Shown in pieces: positions 19,512 through 28,909 of a stretch of 64,000 bases of DNA. Positions within the stretch are counted from its first letter, which is position 1. Each line of letters starts with the position of its first letter. Below the pieces are notes generated by a model. It was not told the DNA's origin and made no database searches. It saw only the letters and a list, made by a program, of their open reading frames with translations. A program made the position numbers and the translations under genes. Location: positions 1-64,000 of the forward strand of contig JBBRCZ010000009.1 in NCBI GenBank assembly GCA_038204425.1. The letters run 5' to 3'. Origin of the DNA: Spirochaetia bacterium (GTDB taxonomy: Bacteria > Spirochaetota > Spirochaetia > DSM-27196 > Salinispiraceae).

Positions 19512-19955
19512 ATGAAGCAAATCAATTCCAAGCCCCTGCATGAGGGGCTTGCGGTTATAGTTTCTCGCATTCATCGTGCCAGCTCTATCTTTATGGCACA
19601 AAAAATGGCGGACTATGCCGTAGGTCCCGGACAGCATGCCTTTTTACTCGCCATGCGAGATTATCCTGGTATGCATCAAGAAGATATTTCTCGCATGCTG
19701 CGCATCGATAAGGCCTATGTTACCCGTGCACTATCACAGCTTGAGCAACGCGGCCTAGTCCAGCGTACGGTGGACCAGCGAGACAAGCGAGCTATGTGTT
19801 GTCGCCTGACTGAGCCGGGTCAAGCTGCTGCTGATGAAGCTGCTCTGGCACTCGAGAGCTGGCAAAGCAAATTGGAAGCGGCACTTGGCGATTCGAGCGA
19901 GCACATTCATCAAGCACTTTTGAATGCCTGCATTACCTTGGAAGAAGCGCCCTAA
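19512..19955 (+). CDS. MarR family transcriptional regulator
   Basis: PGMHQEDIS..LRIDKAYVTRAL.QLE.RGLV.R..D.RDKR....LT. Confidence 0.93.
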   Translation: MKQINSKPLHEGLAVIVSRIHRASSIFMAQKMADYAVGPGQHAFLLAMRDYPGMHQEDISRMLRIDKAYVTRALSQLEQRGLVQRTVDQRDKRAMCCRLTEPGQAAADEAALALESWQSKLEAALGDSSEHIHQALLNACITLEEAP

Positions 19956-19961
19956 TTCGGT

Positions 19962-21035
19962 TTAACCTATTGGCGCACCAATTAGTATGATCCCAGAAAC
20001 TATGATTAATAACGAGCCAGTCAATCTAAAGAAGCCACCAATCAAAGGAATAAGCCGTGGCATACGATGAATAGTAAGCTTTGTTACGCCACGTTGGGCA
20101 AGAATTGCCACAATACCGGCAGCCCCAGTTGTGATGCCTACGCCCAATGACATGGCTGCAACCGCAATTGCGCCTGCAAGTGGGATCTGCGCTGCAATGG
20201 CAAATGCCATCAGAGTCGCCGCGCCTGGGCAAGGTACTATTGATGACAATACAGCGACCAACCATAGTTCTTTAAGCGTGACTGGTTTTTGTTGACCATG
20301 TTCATGCTCATGCTCATGGTCGTGGTCGTGGTCATGGTGATGTTCATGCTCATGCTCATGGTCGTGGTGATGATCATGCTTGTGGGGGTGCCAATGAAGG
20401 TGCAGATGTTTTTTGCCACCACTGATAATGGTAACTAGAGCAGAGGCAAGCATTAAGCCGCCCAAAAGAATGATAACTAATGAAGCTGCTGAAGAAATTA
20501 CCGCACCTGCTTGGTCTATACCGACCATCAGAACTTGCTGGATTAGCTGAGTAAAGAGCAGGACAATGCCAATCGCGACTAGCGCGTGGACAAGTGCAAC
20601 TGACCAGGCAATGCCTACTGCCTGCCTAATTCGTCCAGGGCGGGCCAAAAAGAACGAAGAAACCAAGGTTTTTCCATGGCCCGGCCCTAAGGCATGAAAA
20701 ACTCCATACAAAAATGACAATAGACAGAGATAGAAGAGCTGCAAAAACTGGCCATCGCGCAAGCGGTAAGCAGCGTCAACCATAAGTTCGCGCATAGAAA
20801 ACTGCACGCCGGTCAGCCATTGACCAAGCTGAGCAAAAGGACTGACGCTTGGCGCGGCTGGAGCGGCAAGCAAATCCGCATCGCTTTGGTTCTGCGCAGT
20901 AGAGTCAGGGATTTGATTTTGACTGGGACTCGGACGTCCGCCAACAAATGGGTTTGCATATGATTGAGCGACAAGCACGCCGCTAGTAAAAGCAAACATG
21001 AGCGCAATCAGCAAGACAGTTTTTATTCTTTCCAT
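19962..21035 (-). CDS. Nickel/cobalt transporter (RcnA/NiCoT-like) with His-rich loop
   Basis: YGVFHALGPGHGK, long HDHEHEH tract, VPCPGA. Confidence 0.9.
   Translation of the reverse strand: MERIKTVLLIALMFAFTSGVLVAQSYANPFVGGRPSPSQNQIPDSTAQNQSDADLLAAPAAPSVSPFAQLGQWLTGVQFSMRELMVDAAYRLRDGQFLQLFYLCLLSFLYGVFHALGPGHGKTLVSSFFLARPGRIRQAVGIAWSVALVHALVAIGIVLLFTQLIQQVLMVGIDQAGAVISSAASLVIILLGGLMLASALVTIISGGKKHLHLHWHPHKHDHHHDHEHEHEHHHDHDHDHEHEHEHGQQKPVTLKELWLVAVLSSIVPCPGAATLMAFAIAAQIPLAGAIAVAAMSLGVGITTGAAGIVAILAQRGVTKLTIHRMPRLIPLIGGFFRLTGSLLIIVSGIILIGAPIG
20298..20368. repeat. Internal duplication (42-bp period) encoding the His/Asp/Glu tract
   Basis: atgttcatgctcatgctcatggtcgtggt at 20298-20326 and 20340-20368. 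Confidence 0.8.
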
Positions 21036-21640
21036 ATGCTCACTACTGCTTCTTGTGGGCTGGCTTGGTAGGCTGCCATGCCCTGCGACGATCCAGGGCG
21101 CAGCGTAACACGAGACTTAAACTGATTGCTGCCTCTGGTCTGAACAAGACTAACATCCTGTGGTTTCATCATCTCAAAAGATGTAAAAAAACTGTCGTCA
21201 TAAACCGACACGAGCAGATTGATGGGAGTGTTGCCAACTAAGGAACTGGTACCCAAGGTAAAGCGATAAATCAAAACGTCTCGCTTAATTTCGGCACTAA
21301 AATTTTTGGGCTTAGAGACGGTTAATTTTTTATTGCCCAAGGATACATTGGTAAAATAGTTGTAGTATTGAAGGTTGTCAAAGGCACCCTTTTTGAGCTC
21401 TGCGAGTTCGCGAGCGCTAAGAACGCCATTTTTATCAAGGTCAAAATCAGCTATTATTCCCACACTTGTCATGCGATCAAACTGCCATTCTAAACCTATG
21501 CCGGTCACGCCTCGATCGTCACTTAGTACTTGGATTTTCCCCGTAACAAACACATGAGGGTGGGCTGCAAGGTTTGCTAGGCACAAAAGGCCAAGTATAG
21601 TCATCAACAGTAAGGTTTTTGTACTTGTTATTAGTCTCAT
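21023..21640 (-). CDS. DUF1007 family periplasmic protein
   Basis: Signal peptide then AHPHVF, W.FDRMTS, DLDKNGVLS..EL, VYDDSFF; usual partner of RcnA-like transporters. Confidence 0.85.
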   Translation of the reverse strand: MRLITSTKTLLLMTILGLLCLANLAAHPHVFVTGKIQVLSDDRGVTGIGLEWQFDRMTSVGIIADFDLDKNGVLSARELAELKKGAFDNLQYYNYFTNVSLGNKKLTVSKPKNFSAEIKRDVLIYRFTLGTSSLVGNTPINLLVSVYDDSFFTSFEMMKPQDVSLVQTRGSNQFKSRVTLRPGSSQGMAAYQASPQEAVVSIWKE

Positions 21641-21696
21641 AAACTGCAGCTTAGTAAAACTCTTCAATTGTGTATAGACTAGAAGCAAATGTCTAC

Positions 21697-21725
21697 TTGA
21701 CTTAACGTAAAGCTGAGTTTACATT
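21697..21725 (+). promoter_or_regulatory. Promoter with XRE-type operator, probable leaderless start
   Basis: TTGACT-17nt-TACATT, 6 nt before ATG 21732; GTAAA-N6-TTTAC palindrome at 21707-21722. Confidence 0.6.
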
Positions 21726-21731
21726 GGTGCT

Positions 21732-21947
21732 ATGGGCGAAGGAATGGTAGGCAACAACTTAAAGAACAAGCGCACTTCAGCGGGACTGACGCAAGAGGAC
21801 ATTGCTCAACGCACGAGTGTAACGCGCCAAACCATTATAGCTATGGAAAAAGGCAACTATATACCGTCGGTGCTTTTGGCACTTAAACTGTCCGGAGTAC
21901 TTTATTGTACCGTGGAGGAACTATTTTATGTTGAAGAACTTCGGTGA
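21732..21947 (+). CDS. XRE family HTH regulator
   Basis: LTQEDIA....VTRQTIIAMEKGNYIPS..LALKL......VEELF. Confidence 0.93.
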   Translation: MGEGMVGNNLKNKRTSAGLTQEDIAQRTSVTRQTIIAMEKGNYIPSVLLALKLSGVLYCTVEELFYVEELR

Positions 21948-22290
21948 GCTGCTAGTTTCGTTGGTATTTTTGGTCTTGCTCGGCATTAAGCTTGATCCCT
22001 TTGGCTGGACTATGCCCGACGAAATACAAATGATAGTGCTCTGCTTATTGATTGCAGCCTTTGCCATCTATGCCGGATTGCTCTTTAGAGAAAAGGCCCA
22101 CGACGAACGTGAAGAAGTGCACATTCACAAGGCCAGCCGTGCCGCATATCTTGGTGGCATAAGTCTTTTGGTTTTGGCCTTGGTAGTCCAAACGCTCACC
22201 AAGTCTATGGATCCTTGGGTCATCTTAATTTTGGGTGGCATGATACTTATAAAAATGTTTGTATTGGCTTGGATTAGGTCTCGTAATTGA
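21928..22290 (+). CDS. 4-TM membrane protein with DERE motif
   Basis: Hydrophobic segments and 'EKAHDEREEVH...ASRAAY', typical of membrane partners of XRE regulators. Confidence 0.75.
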   Translation: MLKNFGELLVSLVFLVLLGIKLDPFGWTMPDEIQMIVLCLLIAAFAIYAGLLFREKAHDEREEVHIHKASRAAYLGGISLLVLALVVQTLTKSMDPWVILILGGMILIKMFVLAWIRSRN

Positions 22291-22336
22291 GAAGAGACGG
22301 CCCTAGGCTGTTTCAATGTTTTGATGGAGGTGGCGT

Positions 22337-22813
22337 ATGTTTAACATAGCCAAAAAGATGACTGTTTTGGTCATGATTGTCGTTTTGCTAACCGGCGTGG
22401 TGGCTTTGGCTGTCGCAGGCGGTTCTAGTGAATCATCCAAGAGCGATAGCGGCATGGAACCAATGGCCAAGAAAAGCACGGCACCAATGACCGACGGCGG
22501 TCGCCAAGTGGAATTTACAAGTTTGAGCAACGCTCAGGCCTTTGCCAAAGAAGGTCCAGTTGTGCTCTATTTTTCTGCAAGCTGGTGCCCAACATGCAAA
22601 GCAGCCGAAAAAGACCTGAAGAATAACGCAAAGGTTTTGGCCAGCGACGTAACAGTGGTAAAGGTTAACTATGATACTTCAGCTGAGCTCAAGACCAAGT
22701 ATGGCGTAACTATGCAGCATACTTTTGTTCAAATTGATGGTAATGGAAACAAGCTTGCAATTTGGAATGGTGGCGCGGTAGCCAAGATTAACGAATCCGT
22801 AAAGAGAATGTAA
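22337..22813 (+). CDS. Exported thioredoxin family protein
   Basis: Signal peptide, FSASWCPTC, KYGVTMQHTFVQID; GGAGG RBS. Confidence 0.9.
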   Translation: MFNIAKKMTVLVMIVVLLTGVVALAVAGGSSESSKSDSGMEPMAKKSTAPMTDGGRQVEFTSLSNAQAFAKEGPVVLYFSASWCPTCKAAEKDLKNNAKVLASDVTVVKVNYDTSAELKTKYGVTMQHTFVQIDGNGNKLAIWNGGAVAKINESVKRM

Positions 22814-22817
22814 AACT

Positions 22818-23588
22818 ATGTTAGTGCTTGTGGGTTTTGCCTTTCTGTCGGGTATAATAACCATACTTTCTCCCTGTATATTGCCAATTTTACCGGTTGT
22901 TCTGTCGGGTGGTGTGAGTGGCGGTAAGGCGAGACCCTGGGGCATTATTACCGGCTTTGTAATTAGCTTTAGCTTCTTTACCCTGGCGCTTTCCCTGATT
23001 GTAGGCTCCTTGGGTATTAGCACCGAAGTTTTAAGAATTGTCGCAATAGTCATATTGATTGCATTTGGCATAGTGATGTTGGTGCCGGCGTTTAAAAGAG
23101 CATTTCAAGCTTTTGCCACTAGGCTCACCAGTAGAAATACGAGCCCAACTATGACCATTGGCAAACAAGCAAGTGGATTTCCAAGTGGCCTAGTGCTTGG
23201 CCTCAGTCTCGGCTTAGTCTGGACACCCTGCGTTGGCCCCATTATGGCCTCGGTGATTACCTTGGCGCTGACCAGCTCCAGCAACTTTGGATCGGTAATA
23301 ATTACCTTGGCCTATAGTATTGGAACAGCCATCCCTATGCTGGCCGTCATGCTTGGCGGTCGGGCGCTTTTGAAGAAAGTCCCTGGGCTAATGGCAAAAA
23401 TGGAAAGCATACAAAAAGTGATGGCAGTTATAATGATTGCAGTGGGACTGATGATGGCCTTTGGACTAGATCGAATGTTGCAGTCTGCCATCTTCGATAC
23501 CTTCCCCGGCTATGCTGATTTTATTACGTCAATAGAAGAAAATGAGCTTGTTAACGAGACCCTGCGACAGCAGGAAACTCTACCTTAA
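22818..23588 (+). CDS. ccdA: CcdA/DsbD-family disulfide transporter
   Basis: ILSPCILPILP and LVWTPCVGPIM motifs, multiple TM segments. Confidence 0.9.
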   Translation: MLVLVGFAFLSGIITILSPCILPILPVVLSGGVSGGKARPWGIITGFVISFSFFTLALSLIVGSLGISTEVLRIVAIVILIAFGIVMLVPAFKRAFQAFATRLTSRNTSPTMTIGKQASGFPSGLVLGLSLGLVWTPCVGPIMASVITLALTSSSNFGSVIITLAYSIGTAIPMLAVMLGGRALLKKVPGLMAKMESIQKVMAVIMIAVGLMMAFGLDRMLQSAIFDTFPGYADFITSIEENELVNETLRQQETLP

Positions 23589-23845
23589 CGGCGCACGTAT
23601 TCAAAAAAAAACTGGCTCGCGCCCAGGCCTGACTGGCTGGGCCGCCTTTGTCGTAGCTGTCGAGAGCGTCCTCAAAGGCGCGCACTTGTGCCAGCGGTAT
23701 GCCTGCATCAAGCTTGCCGAAATAGTGATGATCCATACCAGTCCATATTTCACTCAATTGGTCATACAGGAGCGCCTCCAGCACGCAACATAATAGGCGC
23801 CAGCCACAAGGCCAAAAAAAATCGGGCAAGGATCAAAGAAAAAGC

Positions 23846-24850
23846 ATGAAGCGCATACCTATAACGTTGATAACCGGCTTTCTTGGCGCAGGAAAAAGTA
23901 CCCTTATTAATCGACTCATTAGAGAATCTGCTCCGCTAAAGCTTGGTCTTATTGTCAACGAGTTTGGCGATGTTGGACTAGAAAGTCAGTTTATTGAGGC
24001 AGCCAAAGACGAAATTATTGAGCTATCCAGTGGCTGCATGTGTTGTGTCCCCAGAGACGACCTTATTGAAACGGTGCGTCGATTTTTGGACAAAAAACCC
24101 GACCTTGATCATCTGGTGATTGAAGCCTCGGGCCTGAGCGATCCTTTTCCTATCGCTCAGACTTTTATCCAAGACACTGTTGACGGTCGCGTACGCATTG
24201 ATAGTGTCATCACCGTGCTTGATGCCAACAACTTTGATCTGATAATTAAGCAATTTGTGACCAGCATCAAACAGCTCAAACTGGCTGATTTTATAGTGTT
24301 TAGCAAGCTCGATATCGTTGAACCAAAAGAGCTTGAACGCATACGACACCAAGTTTCTATTCTGGCGCCAAGGGTGCCAGTGTTGTCGAGCCAAGATCCT
24401 CACTTAGTACAGGCCATCATGGATACACACGACTTTGACCACGAGATGATAGCAACAAGCAAGGTGGTTTGGAAGGAAGCTGCAGGGCCAAAAAGCAAGT
24501 TTTTTGGCGCCGGAGCAGCGCCAAGTTTGCTCAACAAAAAAGTGTACGAGGTCTATCACGAAGCACTGAGCACCTTGTTTTTTAGAACAGAACGACCCAT
24601 GAGTCCAGCCAAAGTCAGCGAGTTTTTGCAGTCCTTGCCCGTGGAAATCATTCGCATCAAAGGCTTTTTTAACCTTCAAAGCGAGGATCTAGAGCTTTCA
24701 AAAGCGCTCATCCAATCCGTCTGCAGTCGAACCAGTGTTGACCATTGCGCATGGCGCGAGCACGAACTCAAGCAAACCGCACTGGTTTTTATAGCCAGAA
24801 ACTATGACATGGAAAGTTTGAGGCTCGGGCTAGAGGAATGTCAGGTATAG
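23846..24850 (+). CDS. CobW/COG0523 family metallochaperone GTPase
   Basis: TGFLGAGKST, IVNEFG, GCMCC, IEASGLSDP, SKLD, RIKGF. Confidence 0.93.
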   Translation: MKRIPITLITGFLGAGKSTLINRLIRESAPLKLGLIVNEFGDVGLESQFIEAAKDEIIELSSGCMCCVPRDDLIETVRRFLDKKPDLDHLVIEASGLSDPFPIAQTFIQDTVDGRVRIDSVITVLDANNFDLIIKQFVTSIKQLKLADFIVFSKLDIVEPKELERIRHQVSILAPRVPVLSSQDPHLVQAIMDTHDFDHEMIATSKVVWKEAAGPKSKFFGAGAAPSLLNKKVYEVYHEALSTLFFRTERPMSPAKVSEFLQSLPVEIIRIKGFFNLQSEDLELSKALIQSVCSRTSVDHCAWREHELKQTALVFIARNYDMESLRLGLEECQV

Positions 24851-24861
24851 AATGGGGCTAT

Positions 24862-25254
24862 TTAGGTAAGCATGCTTGCCAGCTCTTTTACAATTGGCAG
24901 GTCGGCAGGCGCCCAGTCCACTGAGTACAGCTGGTGGGCAGCAAGCCAGCGAGAGTCAAGATGCTGACTCAGGCGCAAAGTGCCGGAAAGGTGGCTGACC
25001 CTGTAGGCACGGAGAGTAATTGAAAACGTTCTATAGCCGTGATCCACGGTGCATAACAAGTCTTCTACACTTATGGCTATGCCAAGTTCCTCGAGGATCT
25101 CGCGACGCAAAGCATCTTGGTGGCTTTCTCCAGCTTCTATCTTGCCACCAGGAAATTCCCACTTGAGAGCCACTTCGCCAGCGTCCTTGCGTTGCGCGCA
25201 AAAGACTTTGTTCCCCTCAATCATAATTGCCGCTACAACTTCCAGATGCTTCAT
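24862..25254 (-). CDS. MutT/NudG-like NUDIX hydrolase
   Basis: KWEFPGGKIEAGESHQDALRREILEELG Nudix box, DWAPADLP. Confidence 0.93.
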   Translation of the reverse strand: MKHLEVVAAIMIEGNKVFCAQRKDAGEVALKWEFPGGKIEAGESHQDALRREILEELGIAISVEDLLCTVDHGYRTFSITLRAYRVSHLSGTLRLSQHLDSRWLAAHQLYSVDWAPADLPIVKELASMLT

Positions 25255-25296
25255 AGACCACCTGGTGATTCATAGATTGCCACTTGTAGCCCGGCT

Positions 25297-26466
25297 CTAC
25301 TTCTTTTTGTTCAAAAGTGCAGCAAAAGGATTATAAGAGGTGGGATCCGTGTCATTGCCCAAGTACTTGGAAACTGTCTCGTCTTCTTCGATGGTGCTTG
25401 CTGGTTTTAGAGAAATTCTTTTGTTTGCTCGGTCGATGCCCAGAATTTTTACGGTGACTGTTTGGCCCGGCTTTACGGTAAGTTCTGTGCTGTTGCCAAA
25501 TTTACTGGTAGCTTTGAGTTCTGAAATATGCATCAGCCCATCAAGTCCTGGTTCCAGGGAAACAAAGGCCCCAAAATCCGTAATACGAACTATTTTTCCT
25601 GAGTGTTTTGAATCTATCGCATATTTTTCGACAGCTTGGTCCCACGGATCGGCTTGCAGGTTCTTCATGCTCAGTGATATACGTTCATTCTTCCAGTCAA
25701 TCTTTAGGATCATAGCTTCAATTTCCTGACCAACTGTCAAAAAATCACCAATATTGCTTACTCGTGTTCTGTCAATTTCGGAAATAGGCAGGAGCGCTTG
25801 AACGCCCTGTATATCAACAAAGGCGCCAAAATCTTGCAGTGATTTAACCACACCTTTAACGATCATGTTCTCTTTTAGGGTGTCTTTAAGTGTCGCGATA
25901 GTATCCTGACGGGCTTCCTCGTGAATCGCTCGGTTGGAAACTAGCAGGTTTCGGCCGTTCTCTTTATATTCCATGATTTTAAACGAAAGATTTTTCCCGA
26001 TGTATTCGGCAGGGTTATCGCTGCGTTTTTGGCCCATTTGAGAGAAGGGGCAGAATGCTCGCACATCACCAATCTTTATCTCAAAGCCACCCTTGATTTC
26101 TTTCTCCACCAGACCAAGTACAGGGATCTTATTGTGGTATGCTTGTTCTAGCATGTTAGACCCGGCTGCCTCGGAGCCAATTCTGGTGGTAAACTGCATC
26201 TCGCCGTTATTATTGCGAAGAAAAAACACCTTAATCAGATCGCCAACTTGGACACTTAGCTGTCCGTCTTCGTCGCTAAGTTCGTCGCGATCTAGGACGC
26301 CTTCACTTTTTCCGCTCAGTTGCAGAAAGATAGTATCTTTAGAAATTGACAGGATTTGAGTTTCCAACAACTGACCGCTTTGCAACTTCGCCCCCATTCC
26401 AGAAAAACTTTTTTCGTATAAAGCGGCAAAATCGTCTTCATTATTTTCAGAACTGGATTGTTTCAT
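25297..26466 (-). CDS. Ribosomal protein S1-like protein, four S1 domains
   Basis: KSEGVL, AFCPFSQM, DFGAFVDI..VQALLPISEI, DFGAFVSLEPGLDGLMHISEL, YNPFAALL. Confidence 0.9.
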   Translation of the reverse strand: MKQSSSENNEDDFAALYEKSFSGMGAKLQSGQLLETQILSISKDTIFLQLSGKSEGVLDRDELSDEDGQLSVQVGDLIKVFFLRNNNGEMQFTTRIGSEAAGSNMLEQAYHNKIPVLGLVEKEIKGGFEIKIGDVRAFCPFSQMGQKRSDNPAEYIGKNLSFKIMEYKENGRNLLVSNRAIHEEARQDTIATLKDTLKENMIVKGVVKSLQDFGAFVDIQGVQALLPISEIDRTRVSNIGDFLTVGQEIEAMILKIDWKNERISLSMKNLQADPWDQAVEKYAIDSKHSGKIVRITDFGAFVSLEPGLDGLMHISELKATSKFGNSTELTVKPGQTVTVKILGIDRANKRISLKPASTIEEDETVSKYLGNDTDPTSYNPFAALLNKKK

Positions 26467-26560
26467 GTTGGCACTCCCTAAGGGCCAAAAACATAACATG
26501 AAAGTATGGTTTTATGGAACATGGTAAAGCACTGACGGGATCAACAGGGAAGCTCAATGT

Positions 26561-28081
26561 TCAAGAATTGCCCTTAAAGCGAGACCGGATGTCTTCTCGC
26601 AGGCTATCTGGATCCCAACCGGCGTCTCTGTCCAGCTCCGATTCACGCCCGTCAGATTGGATAAGCGTTTCTAGGTCGCCAATCGCTTCCCTGGCAGCGG
26701 CGATATAGGCTTGGTGGTCGGCATGTAGGGGAGCCAGTTGGCGAAGCTTGTGTCCGTCCGTATTTTAAAAGAAGGTTTGAGCCGCGCGATGCGCTTTGTA
26801 GGCCCTAAGTCCCAAAAGTTTCATGGCCTCGACCCCAACACGCAAGGCCGTATCGAGCCTGTCGCGGTATACATGGCGTAGGTCTTGATTCAAGAGTTGG
26901 TATGCATCAGGTCTGCCGATGGCTCGAACTAAGATCTTGAGATTTGGAAAATGCTTCTGAACAAGGTTCACTAAGTTTAGACTCTTCTCTGGCTCGTCAA
27001 AAGTAATAATGATGAGCTTGGCTTTATCCGCTCCGGCTGCCTCAAGCAGCTCGTGCCGGCTGGCATCGCCGTAATAGACTCTCAGGCCCAGTTTGCGCAA
27101 GATTTCTACCCGATCTGGGTCGGAATCGAGCACGGTGCTTGCAATTCCGTTGGCTTTGAGCAGACGCCCTATAATTACACCAAACTCATCAAAACCGGCA
27201 ATAATTATTTGATTTTGGTCGTGGATAGTATCGGCTGCTCGATCTTTGGGGCCGGCTTGGGATAGGCGCGGCAGGATCAGTCTCTCATTTACCATCATTA
27301 ACAAGGGCGTCATGGCCATGGTCAGTGCTACAACTGCTACCATCCTGCCTACGGTGGCAGCAGCAAGCACAATTGCCAGCTCAGCACCAAGAACTACTAG
27401 GGTTTGCAAGGCTGGATCAAGGGTGGATACCCAAGTTTGAGTGGCACAGTGGGTCCCAGCTGCGTCGGTCACTTGTGGACCGTGATTTGCCTGCCCGGCC
27501 GGGTTCCCCAAGGTGGCGAGCAAAGGAAAGAAGGCAAGCACCGGAATAACTGCAATATCCTGAAAGAGTAGTACCACAAAGGAACTTTGACCAGCTGGGT
27601 TTTTCATCAAACCCTTTTCGGCGAGAGTTTGTAAAACGATGGCTGTCGAGGACAAGGCCAGGATCATCCCCAGAGCCAAAGAGGTGTGGATCGGTTGACC
27701 AAGCGCCACAGCAAAGACGGTTGCAGTTCCAAACCAATGACAAAGAGCATCATCACCACTCGTGAGAACCTGTTGCCAGGCCTTTCGGGCGAGAGCTATT
27801 CCTTGAGATCCGTAGGCCCAGCCGTGTTCCAAGACTAAGTCGAGGTACTGCTTCATAAGTGGCGGGCAACTGTACCAATAAAATGGGTGGTAAAAAACGA
27901 CCACATCGTGGGCAAGCAATTGGGATTATTTGTGCTCAACATCTATATAGAAGTCAGGATACAATTCGTACATATCACGGACGCTCACAGAAGGGATCTT
28001 GAGCAGTTCTTCAACCAGGCGCCGATTAGTCCTAGCTTTTTCGAGTTTAGGGTGAAATAAAAGAAGCAGTATCTTGGCAAT
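26561..28081 (-). pseudogene. Decayed kefG(kefF)-kefB(kefC) potassium efflux operon fused by deletions
   Basis: (ATT)AKILLLLFHP...LYPDFYIDVEHK*SQLLAHD...[13 protein letters not shown] (flavodoxin-like); out-of-frame [35 protein letters not shown], TrkA-N YYGDASR; TAA at 26765 then DAGWDPDSLRE* to 26561. Confidence 0.88.
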
Positions 28082-28093
28082 GATTAATTTGCC

Positions 28094-28908
28094 CTATTTA
28101 AGTATGGTAGCGGTCGGGCGATATGCCTGAATTGCAAACCAATACATGCTGTAAAATTTCTTTCCCTTAGCTTCGATAGCAAGCAATTGGCCGCCTGCAT
28201 CCTTAGTAACTGAAACCCAACTGGGATAACGATCAAGAGCAGAAAAGGCAATTGCCGTATTTTGATTTGGAAAATACAAAAAGCTATCCTTTATTTTATA
28301 TCGCTGATCCTCGAGAAATCGCGGATCTAGCGGCGCGCGAATTTCTTGACTGTCCTCATAGCCATTCAAACTTTCCCTCGGCCTATTCGCATACATTTTT
28401 TGCAACTCTGGCATGCGCTCACTCTGTAAAAAAATAGGGACATTAGCAAGATTTTTGAGAGCATGCGAGTATTTTACCAGTGAAAATTCCACCTCGGTTA
28501 AAGTTTGGTTTTTTTCTATGCCACTATAGGCCGACAAAGCGAGCTGTGGCGACAGTGATCCAGTCTGATGATCGTACATAACCAAGTTGCTTTGATAAAG
28601 CATTCCAGAAACACCAAAGGTTTTGGGTCCATTTTTACTTTTAGAATCAAAAACGACAGCCGAGCCAGCTTGTCATATTTGAGATAGATTAGCCAGTCGG
28701 AATCTTGCATAAACATGAGTTCGTCTTGTTTGACAGCTACTGACAAAGGCATAAAAACTGGATCACTAACAGCGGGGAATGCATCTTTTGGCAACATCAC
28801 TTTAAACCACCCAAGTTCAAACGCTTCGCCCAGGCGATCTAAACCGACTGCCAGCACTTGGCTAGCTATAATACAAACCAGAAAACTGCAAACAATAAAT
28901 CGCTTCAT
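28094..28908 (-). pseudogene. DUF3179 family protein, internally deleted and frameshifted
   Basis: Signal peptide + LPKDAFPAVSDPVF, then in another frame TFGVSGMLYQSNLVMYDHQTGSL and MYWFA; the central HEIVND/TYCPLC block is absent. Confidence 0.75.
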
Positions 28909-28909
28909 A

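Noticed and set aside
23551..23829. 92-aa minus-strand ORF between ccdA and cobW
   Set aside because: No recognisable family or RBS; may be a remnant but cannot be supported.
28094..28908. Selenocysteine recoding in DUF3179
   Set aside because: The redox-motif region is deleted, and the break is a frameshift, not an in-frame TGA.
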